A stretch of DNA of 64,000 bases, taken from contig JANXCC010000007.1 of NCBI GenBank assembly GCA_025060395.1, positions 3,308 through 67,307 on the forward strand. The letters run 5' to 3'. A model generated the notes under the pieces. That model ran no database searches. It worked only from the letters and a program-made list of their open reading frames with translations, and had not been told where the DNA came from. Numbering within the stretch: the first letter of the stretch is position 1; every line of letters starts with the position of its first letter. The DNA comes from Candidatus Bipolaricaulota bacterium. GTDB lineage: Bacteria > Bipolaricaulota > Bipolaricaulia > RBG-16-55-9 > DRXL01. Position numbers and translations under genes: made by a program. Positions 9,410 to 17,026 of the stretch are shown here, piece by piece.

Positions 9410-10961
9410 GCTCTCCGTGACGATCTGGCTCAGGCGTATAGGGCTCGTGGTGGGACTTCTCGGGCTTGGAGCCCTGTACGGATGGGCCCTACGGGGAGTT
9501 GAGTTCGATCTCTTCTCTGTTTTCAAGTACGGTGGAAAGTTCTTTGAGCTGCTGGGGCGCATGTATCCCCCGGATTTCTCTCCGCTCCCCAACTTGGTGC
9601 GCCCCCTGCTGCAGACCCTCCAAATGGCTACGTTAGGGACGTTCATAGGGGCGCTTATGGCCCTGCCGTTGGTCGTCTTTGGGTCGCAGCTGGTCGTGCG
9701 CTCCGCAGTCATCTACTGGCCGGTGCGCACCGTGCTGAATGTGATGCGCACCATCCCGGATTTGCTCTATGCGGTCTTATTCGTTGCGGCGATGGGGTTT
9801 GGACCGGCCGCCGGGGTGGGAGCGCTCTCGTTCTTTGCCTGTGGAATTATCGCTAAGCTCACCTCAGAGTCAGCCGACAATATCAACCCCAAGCCCATTG
9901 AAGCTGTTGAAGCTGTTGGCGCGGGCAAGCTTCAGGTCATTCGCTATGCCGTCCTGCCCCAGCTCATCCCCGCGTATATCGATCACGTGATTTACGTCTT
10001 TGAGCTCAACGTGCGTGTCTCGGCGGTCATGGGCTACGTAGGGGCCGGAGGTATAGGGATGCAGCTGACCACCGCTATGGAGTGGCGCAATTACCCTCAA
10101 GTGCTGACGATTGCGCTGCTAATCTTCGCTCTTGTTCTCGTCATTGATCTCCTAGCAAATCGGATTCGCGATGCGTTCGTCCAGGGGATTGCCTGGCCGC
10201 GCCCGTTGCGCTTTCTCGGTCTAGGAGCCCTCGTCGCGTTGATCACCTGGGCGTTCATCTCGCTAGAGATCGACGTCGATCGATTGATCCGAGGGGTTGA
10301 TTACTTTAGAAATCTCGTCTGGGCGATTATAACCGAGCCGGCCACAGAGTACCTTGGGCTTGCGATACAGCGCATGGTGCAGTCGGTGCAGATCGCGCTG
10401 GTGGGCACGACGATCAGCTTTTTGATCTCGGTGCCCTTAGGGTTTTTGGCATCGCGGCGGCACGTAGGGATGCCTGTGGTATTTGCCGTGGGGATGAAGC
10501 AGATCCCCAACGTCATTCGCGCCTTCCCCGAGCTGATTTTAGCGATCTTCTTCATTGCGACCTTTGGACCGGGACCGCTAGCTGGGGTCCTAGCTATTGC
10601 GATTCACTCTGTCGGGACGTTGGGGAAGTTTAACGCTGAAATCGTCGAGAAGATCCGCAAAGAGCCGGTAGAAGCGCTGCAATCTTCAGGGGCTTCGCGA
10701 CTGCAGATCTTTCGCTACGCGGTCTTGCCTCAGGTGCTCCCGGAGTTTCTCGCGCTCTTTATCTATAGATTTGAGATCAGTGTCCGAGCGGCTTCGGTCT
10801 TGGGGATTGTCGGGGCAGGCGGGATTGGGTCATTGATTAACGAAGCGCAATCGTACCGCGCGTGGGACATCGTGGGGATCTGCCTTGTCGTGATCATCCC
10901 CACAGTAATGGTCATCGATTTCTTGAGTGCACGCATCCGCAAGAAACTAATCGAGGGCTAA
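9384..10961 (+). CDS. phnE: phosphonate ABC permease, fused tandem PhnE-PhnE
   Basis: Two homologous permease halves in one polypeptide (EAVEAVGAGKLQVIRYAVLPQ and EALQSSGASRLQIFRYAVLPQ). ATG 9384 overlaps the end of phnC. Confidence 0.8.
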   Translation: MAQGIAETRLSVTIWLRRIGLVVGLLGLGALYGWALRGVEFDLFSVFKYGGKFFELLGRMYPPDFSPLPNLVRPLLQTLQMATLGTFIGALMALPLVVFGSQLVVRSAVIYWPVRTVLNVMRTIPDLLYAVLFVAAMGFGPAAGVGALSFFACGIIAKLTSESADNINPKPIEAVEAVGAGKLQVIRYAVLPQLIPAYIDHVIYVFELNVRVSAVMGYVGAGGIGMQLTTAMEWRNYPQVLTIALLIFALVLVIDLLANRIRDAFVQGIAWPRPLRFLGLGALVALITWAFISLEIDVDRLIRGVDYFRNLVWAIITEPATEYLGLAIQRMVQSVQIALVGTTISFLISVPLGFLASRRHVGMPVVFAVGMKQIPNVIRAFPELILAIFFIATFGPGPLAGVLAIAIHSVGTLGKFNAEIVEKIRKEPVEALQSSGASRLQIFRYAVLPQVLPEFLALFIYRFEISVRAASVLGIVGAGGIGSLINEAQSYRAWDIVGICLVVIIPTVMVIDFLSARIRKKLIEG

Positions 10962-12023
10962 ACGAATCTCGATGTCCCCGTTGGTTGTGCTCGCCGTAAT
11001 TGTGATCTTGGTGGGGGCCGTCTGAAAATTGCTCGTCTCGCCCTCGATAGAGCGACGCTCTTGCCGTCGAAAGACGAAGTTGGGGATCTCCATGTGCACG
11101 TGACCAATAGTGCTCTGCGCAGAGATCGCATACCCAATCGTGGGATCATCGTGCACGTCGAGTGTAATTGAGCCGTTGAACGTGCTCAGTTTATAGCTCC
11201 CTGTCACTGCCCTCAGGGTGAGCCTGATATCGCCGTTAGTCGTAGAGAGGGAGGCTTCCGCGGCTGCAAGCTGTCCGGAGATCTTCCCGTTTAGGGTGTG
11301 AGCTGTCAGCTGTTGCGCCGTCAGCATGATGAGCGTGATATAGCCGTTGCTTGTGCTCAGCTCCGCTTGCGTGGCGCTGATCTCCCCGATGTTGAGTGCG
11401 CCGTTAATAGCGTTGAGTTTCAGCTCATAGACGCGTCCGCGTGGCACAAGGAGCTGGACGTCCGTCTCGAGCGAGCTGAGCCGGCCAAATGAGATCCTCG
11501 GTGCACGAAAGACGATCCCTGTCGGAGAGATCTGCGGCTCCAGTGTGACATCAGCTAGAAGCCGTTGAGCTTCGAGGCGCTTCCATCCCCGTGCTCGTGC
11601 GGTGATCGTGATCTGAAACGACTCCTTCTCCCAGGTTTGCACTGTTGCGGTGCCGTTCTGTAACTCGAGCTTCACTGAGAGCGTTGGGGCAGAAGGATCG
11701 AAGGTGCCATCGAACGAAAGAGTCTTCTCTGCGCGCACAGGGCCAGCCACGTCTACCCACGTCGAGACTTCTGAGCTTGAGACGAGCAGCCCTAACACAA
11801 TCGCGCCGATGATTAGGGATACTAAGTGAATCAGTTCGTCCAAGAGCACCGAGCGCGACCAGAGCGCTCCAGCAAAACAGATCAGCAAGACGACCCCACC
11901 GGCGATGACAAGATCAGCTCGCTCGATGGGCGCAAATGCGCTCCAGTCTATATACTGCAATGCGAGCACGAAGACCCCAATGAATATTAAAAATTCCCCT
12001 AAGCGCACGGCACCCGTTCTCAC
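10947..12023 (-). CDS. DUF4097-like membrane-anchored beta-repeat protein
   Basis: 358 aa with three N-terminal TM helices, then repeated beta units ending in NGxI motifs (INGALNI, SNGYITL, TNGDIRL, FNGSITL, TNGDIEI). Confidence 0.7.
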   Translation of the reverse strand: MRTGAVRLGEFLIFIGVFVLALQYIDWSAFAPIERADLVIAGGVVLLICFAGALWSRSVLLDELIHLVSLIIGAIVLGLLVSSSEVSTWVDVAGPVRAEKTLSFDGTFDPSAPTLSVKLELQNGTATVQTWEKESFQITITARARGWKRLEAQRLLADVTLEPQISPTGIVFRAPRISFGRLSSLETDVQLLVPRGRVYELKLNAINGALNIGEISATQAELSTSNGYITLIMLTAQQLTAHTLNGKISGQLAAAEASLSTTNGDIRLTLRAVTGSYKLSTFNGSITLDVHDDPTIGYAISAQSTIGHVHMEIPNFVFRRQERRSIEGETSNFQTAPTKITITASTTNGDIEIRLALD

Positions 12024-12025
12024 AG

Positions 12026-12256
12026 CTAACCTCCTTGCTGAGAGTCTGTCTCAGACGAGCGCGCAGAGCGATACCATCGAGCTAAGCCCGAGATGAGCAG
12101 CCCTAAGCCCAAGATAATCAAGATCCCCGGCAGCATAAATCTCCAAGAGAACTCGAACCACCCCATGAGCGACAATCGCCATGCCAACCCGCCCAAGACC
12201 AAGACGACTCCCCAGAAGAGATACTTATATGGGCTATGGATTTTCACCTGGACCAC
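12026..12256 (-). CDS. small two-TM membrane protein (LiaF-N-like)
   Basis: 76-aa hydrophobic ORF that ends 2 nt before the DUF4097 gene start and overlaps the upstream gene by 23 nt. Confidence 0.5.
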   Translation of the reverse strand: MVQVKIHSPYKYLFWGVVLVLGGLAWRLSLMGWFEFSWRFMLPGILIILGLGLLISGLARWYRSARSSETDSQQGG

Positions 12257-12722
12257 CCCCGCGACGCGCGTAGGCTACGCCGATCAAAAGCACTCCGACA
12301 GCAATCAAAAAGACCGCCCAGGGAGGTTCTGGGAGATACTGTCTCACAAGCGCATAGACGCCGATGCCGATCAGGAGCAGCCCGCCGAAGATGAGCCAGT
12401 CTTCGGAGCGCGGGGGTGCGAGCGTGAGTGAAGGAGAACTGGGCTGGGAAGCTGTCTGCGCTTGTACGCAGAGCTTAGCAATGAGTAAGCTCGCGATGAG
12501 CGCGCCGATGGGCCAGAAGACCCAGCTCACGATGACCATCCCGATAGCAAAGCCGGTATTGACGGCGTACTTGGCAATGAGATCGCCCAGCTCAGCGAAG
12601 AAGTGCAACGGGGATTTGGGTCGCCCAGTGCTCACGGTGTCGCCTCCTTCTAGATACTTAACGATGAGCCCGCTCAGTTCAACGAAGAACTGCAAAGGGG
12701 ATTTAGACTGTTCGGTGCTCAT
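12234..12722 (-). CDS. membrane protein with a duplicated N-terminal amphipathic motif
   Basis: 162 aa with the tandem repeat SKSPLQFFVELSGLIVKYL / PKSPLHFFAELGDLIAKYA followed by about four TM helices. Its start overlaps the upstream Yip1 stop (ATGA). Confidence 0.5.
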   Translation of the reverse strand: MSTEQSKSPLQFFVELSGLIVKYLEGGDTVSTGRPKSPLHFFAELGDLIAKYAVNTGFAIGMVIVSWVFWPIGALIASLLIAKLCVQAQTASQPSSPSLTLAPPRSEDWLIFGGLLLIGIGVYALVRQYLPEPPWAVFLIAVGVLLIGVAYARRGGGPGENP

Positions 12723-13339
12723 TTGAATATCCCTTCAAGAATCCAAAAGATCACAATATCAATCACCCTAGCTAGAATGTAAGTGATTATTGCTTCTCCG
12801 TTCTCAAGATCATAGTGTTCGCGTATGGCTATCACATTTAAAATGATTATCCAGACAAGCGTAGCGATAGCTAAGAGCAGCGTAAAGATACCCACACCTG
12901 GATCAAGCTTAGGTCCCCAAGTCCAAGATCGTGGATCTAGGCTTGGAGGTTGTATACCTAAGGGGAGAATCAGAATAGATATCAAGGAGAAGAATATGAA
13001 TGGAACCGAGGTAAAGGCAAGCGCACAAAAAGCTCCTTCGTAGTCTCCCTCATCATACCATTGTTGACCGATAACATGCACGAGGCCCACAAACACTACA
13101 TATGAGAACAATGCATAGAAGACATTCGAGATCATTCCAGATAGAGAAAATTGATCTCCAGAGGGTAGCAGAGAGTCGACTCCGTAACCTAAGATGCTCG
13201 CGATTAGGATAAGTCCAAGAGCATCGCCCCAAGGACACTCATCGGCAATATAGCGCAGGGTCTCAGCGGGGTCAAGAATCGTCCCTAAGACCATCTCCCA
13301 ACCTTTCAATCGCGGTGGCTTGGTCTCAGATTCTTGCAT
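12719..13339 (-). CDS. Yip1-domain membrane protein (paralog 1)
   Basis: 206 aa and multi-TM. It has the N-terminal motif WEMVLGTILDPAETLRYIA and the C-terminal ITYILARVIDIVIF, both shared with the ORF at 14047-14706. GC is low (20/60 GC in 12721-12780). Confidence 0.65.
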   Translation of the reverse strand: MQESETKPPRLKGWEMVLGTILDPAETLRYIADECPWGDALGLILIASILGYGVDSLLPSGDQFSLSGMISNVFYALFSYVVFVGLVHVIGQQWYDEGDYEGAFCALAFTSVPFIFFSLISILILPLGIQPPSLDPRSWTWGPKLDPGVGIFTLLLAIATLVWIIILNVIAIREHYDLENGEAIITYILARVIDIVIFWILEGIFK

Positions 13340-13361
13340 GGCTATCGCCTCTTAATACCGT

Positions 13362-14035
13362 CTACCTCTTCCCCAAGGCCGATGGCCAGAGGACCAGCGT
13401 GATAACAGTCAGCAGAGCCCCAACCAACGCCAGGAGCGGCACGAGAGCCCAGAGAAGAACAAGCACCACGACAATCCCTGTGAACACAGCATAGACTCCC
13501 ACTGCTCGCAACGTCGAGAGCTCATGAGCTTCCCGCACCGCAAGAACGCTCAGCACCAAGACCCATAAAGACAGACTCATATCGCTTACTGTCTTCAGCG
13601 CCTCCCCAAGATCGCCCCCCATATCTTTCGCCAGCACTTCAGGATGATGCTGACGATCCCTGGCGGCACGCCAGCGAATCCTAAAGCACTCAACGTTTCG
13701 GGATAGCTTCCTTGACCGCCAAAGAGCCAACTGATCCAGTGCAGGGCCGCAGATGATATTAGAATGAGCAACAGCGCAATCGCGGTAGACGTCAATCCAG
13801 CCTTCCAGGGTTTGTCCATGAAACACATCAAAGGATATCCCACGTCATAAGCCGTCCGATCAGTCCATGACACGAGGGCGTACACAAAAGTCACGCTTGC
13901 GATGAGCGCGATAGCCCAGCCTACAGGCTGCTGGCGAGCTACTCGTTGCAAGCCCTCATCAGGATAGAGAAAGACCCGCCAAATCAAACCGGCACTTGAG
14001 AGAGGTCGACTAGTCCTTGGCCCTAAAGTCCGCAT
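13362..14035 (-). pseudogene. Yip1-domain membrane protein (paralog 2), frame broken at a G6 run
   Basis: The N-terminal part is ORF 13595-14035 (...QRVARQQPVGWAIALIA...LSALGFAGVPPGIV). The C-terminal TM part continues in another frame (13362-13622: MGGDLGEALKTVSDMSLSLWVLVLSVLAVREAH...). The two frames meet at CCCCCC 13615-13620. Confidence 0.5.
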
Positions 14036-14046
14036 TCTGCTCCTCC

Positions 14047-14706
14047 TTATAAGAATTCAAAGAGCCTCTCGATTGCCCGAAAGATCAAGCTATCGGCAAT
14101 ACGAGCCAGAATGTAGGTCACAATACTGCCCATAGCGGTGATCTTGTAATGGGCCCGAATAGCCATGGCTCCCAGCGTTATCATCCATATGAGGATAAAG
14201 AGGCAAAAGAGGAGGAGGAAAATTTGAGCGCTGTTCAGGTTCTTTAACGCGAATGGAAACGGCCATACCGGTTGAGCTGAGAAGCTTGCCCAAATGCTCA
14301 TGAAATTCAATAGAATCATGGGGGGAGCCATAGCAAAAGCAAGGGCAGAGAAAGCCCCTCGATAGCTCCCTTCTTCTTTGAATATACGAATGATGCCATG
14401 CACCAAGGTCACGAAGACCACAAATTCAAGAAGATTTTGAGCAATATCTAAGGCTAAAGAAGTGAGAGAGAACTCCTTGCAAGCTATGGTGCCTAGCTCT
14501 AACGTATTCTCTTTGAAGAATAAAGCGCTAGATATACAGCTGAAGGTATTTAAGACGACGGTGAATCCGATAGCCCATCCTATTGGACGTTGCTGCGCAA
14601 TGCGAGAGAGCGTATCAGAAGGGGAGATGAACGTCCCTGCCAGCATCTCCCAGAAGCTCAAGCGCATTGGCTGGGTTTGAGTCTGGGGCTCTTCCATCGT
14701 TCTCAC
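14047..14706 (-). CDS. Yip1-domain membrane protein (paralog 3)
   Basis: 219 aa with FWEMLAGTFISPSDTLSRIAQQRPIGWAIGF, multiple TM helices and the C-terminal VTYILARIADSLIF. Confidence 0.65.
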   Translation of the reverse strand: MRTMEEPQTQTQPMRLSFWEMLAGTFISPSDTLSRIAQQRPIGWAIGFTVVLNTFSCISSALFFKENTLELGTIACKEFSLTSLALDIAQNLLEFVVFVTLVHGIIRIFKEEGSYRGAFSALAFAMAPPMILLNFMSIWASFSAQPVWPFPFALKNLNSAQIFLLLFCLFILIWMITLGAMAIRAHYKITAMGSIVTYILARIADSLIFRAIERLFEFL

Positions 14707-14830
14707 CTCATCTCAAATATCATAGCATGTCGTGTCAGCCTTCTAGAATCCATAAAGCGCGGGTGCTCACGCACATATTTATTGAACTCTCGAATGAGCA
14801 TCCCATGCTTCACTTCATAGGCAGACAAAC

Positions 14831-15110
14831 TCACGGAAACCTCCCCGCGAGAAAGCGTTCTCGATAGGCCTTCCAATTTTGTTCTAGGTCCTCCTCTGCA
14901 GCGTTCAAAGCCTCTGCAAATGATAAATAAAGCAATCTCTTCACCGATCCACGTGAGCGTAGCCATGGGCACAGTCGTAGCGGATCACAGGATGCTATCC
15001 CCCTTTTGTGAAACTAAGTACACGACCACACGCCCGCGCTCCATTCTGTGATAGTGCCGCTCGCGTGTGTCTTCAGCACGCAAGATTTCATATCGTACTT
15101 CTCTCGCCAA
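14831..15110 (-). pseudogene. remnant of a small (~93 aa) conserved hypothetical gene with two 1-nt frame breaks
   Basis: Three consecutive reverse-strand frames read LAREVRYEILRAEDTRERHYHRMERGRVVVYLVSQKGDSI, then PVIRYDCAHGYAHVDR, then VKRLLYLSFAEALNAAEEDLEQNWKAYRERFLAGRFP*. A TTG start at 15110 follows AGGAAG. Restoring one C (CC to CCC) and one G (GG to GGG) gives one ORF. Confidence 0.3.
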
Positions 15111-15122
15111 GATTGCTCTTCC

Positions 15123-16052
15123 TTAGTTGCCGTACCGTGGCACGGCGTGCCAGCCCTCTAGCACCCGTAAGAGATACACCAGCTCTGGCTTGAGCTCACT
15201 TAGCACTGTATTTGTAGCACTCCCTCGACCAAAAAGCAACTCGAGCAACCCCGGCGCCGGCGGACGATACTCGATCACCTCAGCGTTGGGAACCCCAGCT
15301 AAATCTCGCGCTGTCTGTAGAGCGTCTTCGAGGCTCCCTAATTGATCGATCAGCCCAAGCTGCAGCGCTTGCGCCCCGGTGTACGGCTGCCCTGTCGCCA
15401 GCTCTCGCACTCTCTCGACGGACAGCTTGCGCCCCTCGGCAACGGCGTTGACGAACTGCTCGTAGAACTCGTCTATGTATTGTTGGACCAAGGCGCGCTC
15501 CTCATCGGTGAGGGGGCGTAATCCCAGCCCAACGTCTTTATAGGCGCCGGACTTAAAGATCTCTGCCTGGATACCTAGATTCTTTAAGAGCTCTTCGAGG
15601 GAGAAAAACACCGTGATGACGCCGATGCTCCCCGTCGTGGTCCCCGGATGGGCAATGATCTTATCAGCAAAGAGCGAGATATAGTATCCCCCAGAAGCCG
15701 CAACGTCGCCCATCGAGACGACGACCGGCTTTTTTGTCCGCTCTTTGAACCTCTTGATGCTCTCGGCAATCGCTTGCGAAGCCGCGACGGTGCCACCGGG
15801 GCTGTCTATCCGAAAGACAAGGGCTTTCACAGACGGATCGCGCTCGGCTCGCTTGAGCATCCCTTCGACTTGAGCTGGGGTAATCCCCCCGCCGCCGAAA
15901 AGTCCTGTATCGAGAGATTCGCTGATAGGGCCGCTCAAACGCGCTAGTACGACCTTGGGGCGCATACCCAGAGCGATCTGCTGTGCCGCGACCCAGATGA
16001 CATAGACAGCAACAAAAATGAGAATGATCCACAGAATGCGCCGTCCGCGCAT
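15123..16052 (-). CDS. sppA: signal peptide peptidase SppA, 36K type
   Basis: 309 aa with an N-terminal TM anchor and a ClpP-like fold carrying SMGDVAASGGYY (Ser nucleophile region). The RBS is AAGGAGG. Confidence 0.85.
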   Translation of the reverse strand: MRGRRILWIILIFVAVYVIWVAAQQIALGMRPKVVLARLSGPISESLDTGLFGGGGITPAQVEGMLKRAERDPSVKALVFRIDSPGGTVAASQAIAESIKRFKERTKKPVVVSMGDVAASGGYYISLFADKIIAHPGTTTGSIGVITVFFSLEELLKNLGIQAEIFKSGAYKDVGLGLRPLTDEERALVQQYIDEFYEQFVNAVAEGRKLSVERVRELATGQPYTGAQALQLGLIDQLGSLEDALQTARDLAGVPNAEVIEYRPPAPGLLELLFGRGSATNTVLSELKPELVYLLRVLEGWHAVPRYGN

Positions 16053-16227
16053 AGGGCACCTCCTTTACGGCAAGCACACTTCGCCTGCAAACCTTCCAGA
16101 TCTGTTATTACCGGTGATGATGTTCTCACCCTCGATGACGACTTTGCCATTGAACTCATCGCGCTCATACCCGCATTTGCGGAGCTTAGCTGCTACTCCC
16201 CAATCCCAGTTGCTCGTTACGCGCGAG

Positions 16228-17007
16228 TTACTGATCACTACCTTCTTGGTCCCCTACTTCAATGCCTGGGCATACCATACAGAGGGGATTTGTTCCGTTG
16301 TTTTCTATTGTGCTCTCACGAATCTCTATGTGAGCTAAGCCGCCGGCTGTAAGGCCTTTCCACCTATTACCAGCGATAACAGATCTCTCAAGGGTGATAT
16401 ATATCGACTCTTCCCAAACCCCTGCGCTGATCCCAATGGCGTTATCTAGAACACGCGAATTCACCAGACTTAACTGAGCTTTCCCATCTCTCCCGGACAG
16501 GACCATAATACCACCAAGCTCAGCCCCTATGACTTGGGAATCGACAAGTGTCACCGTAGCTTGGAAAAGTATTAACGATGATCTTGATACTGTCGTCTTC
16601 ACTAGGTCTACAGCAGTGTTCCCTACCCCTACGATATATATCCCGGCTCCTTGGACATAAACGTCTTGAAGGGTAACACGAATTGGCCCTCCAACCACGA
16701 CACCTGCGACGCTGAACCCCTGAATCACAGCAGTGATAGGCAACTCAGCCCAAACCATTGCTCTTGATCTTACGATAGTTTTATCAGGGCCAGCTCCGCG
16801 AATCGTGATATCCTTCTGGATGAGAAAGCCATCATCCCATATCCCTTCTTCAAGGCATATGACTGCGCCTGGTGCTACCTCGTCAATGGCCTTCTGAATC
16901 GAGTCTCCTGGCTTGATGGTCACAGTACAGCTTAGCTGCGGTTGCACGGCCGCGCCCATCCAACCGGCGAAGAGTACTGCTAGAACGGCTACGTACAGTT
17001 GCTTCAT
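16228..17007 (-). CDS. secreted right-handed parallel beta-helix repeat protein (frame continues to 16065 after a shift)
   Basis: The start MKQLYVAVLAVLFAGWMGAA is at ATG 17007 after GGAGGA. It has repeated V.I..S.I..N-type beta-helix units. A further 57 codons of the same repeat type lie in another frame down to TAA 16065-16067. Confidence 0.6.
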   Translation of the reverse strand: MKQLYVAVLAVLFAGWMGAAVQPQLSCTVTIKPGDSIQKAIDEVAPGAVICLEEGIWDDGFLIQKDITIRGAGPDKTIVRSRAMVWAELPITAVIQGFSVAGVVVGGPIRVTLQDVYVQGAGIYIVGVGNTAVDLVKTTVSRSSLILFQATVTLVDSQVIGAELGGIMVLSGRDGKAQLSLVNSRVLDNAIGISAGVWEESIYITLERSVIAGNRWKGLTAGGLAHIEIRESTIENNGTNPLCMVCPGIEVGDQEGSDQ

Positions 17008-17026
17008 GAGATCCTCCTTTTCTTTC

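Noticed and set aside
14703-14972. An 89-aa minus-strand ORF between the Yip1 genes and sppA.
   Set aside because: Its N-terminal half is an out-of-frame reading across the decayed small gene at 14831-15110. The remainder (MLIREFNKYVREHPRFMDSRRLTRHAMIFEMR) matches nothing I recognise.
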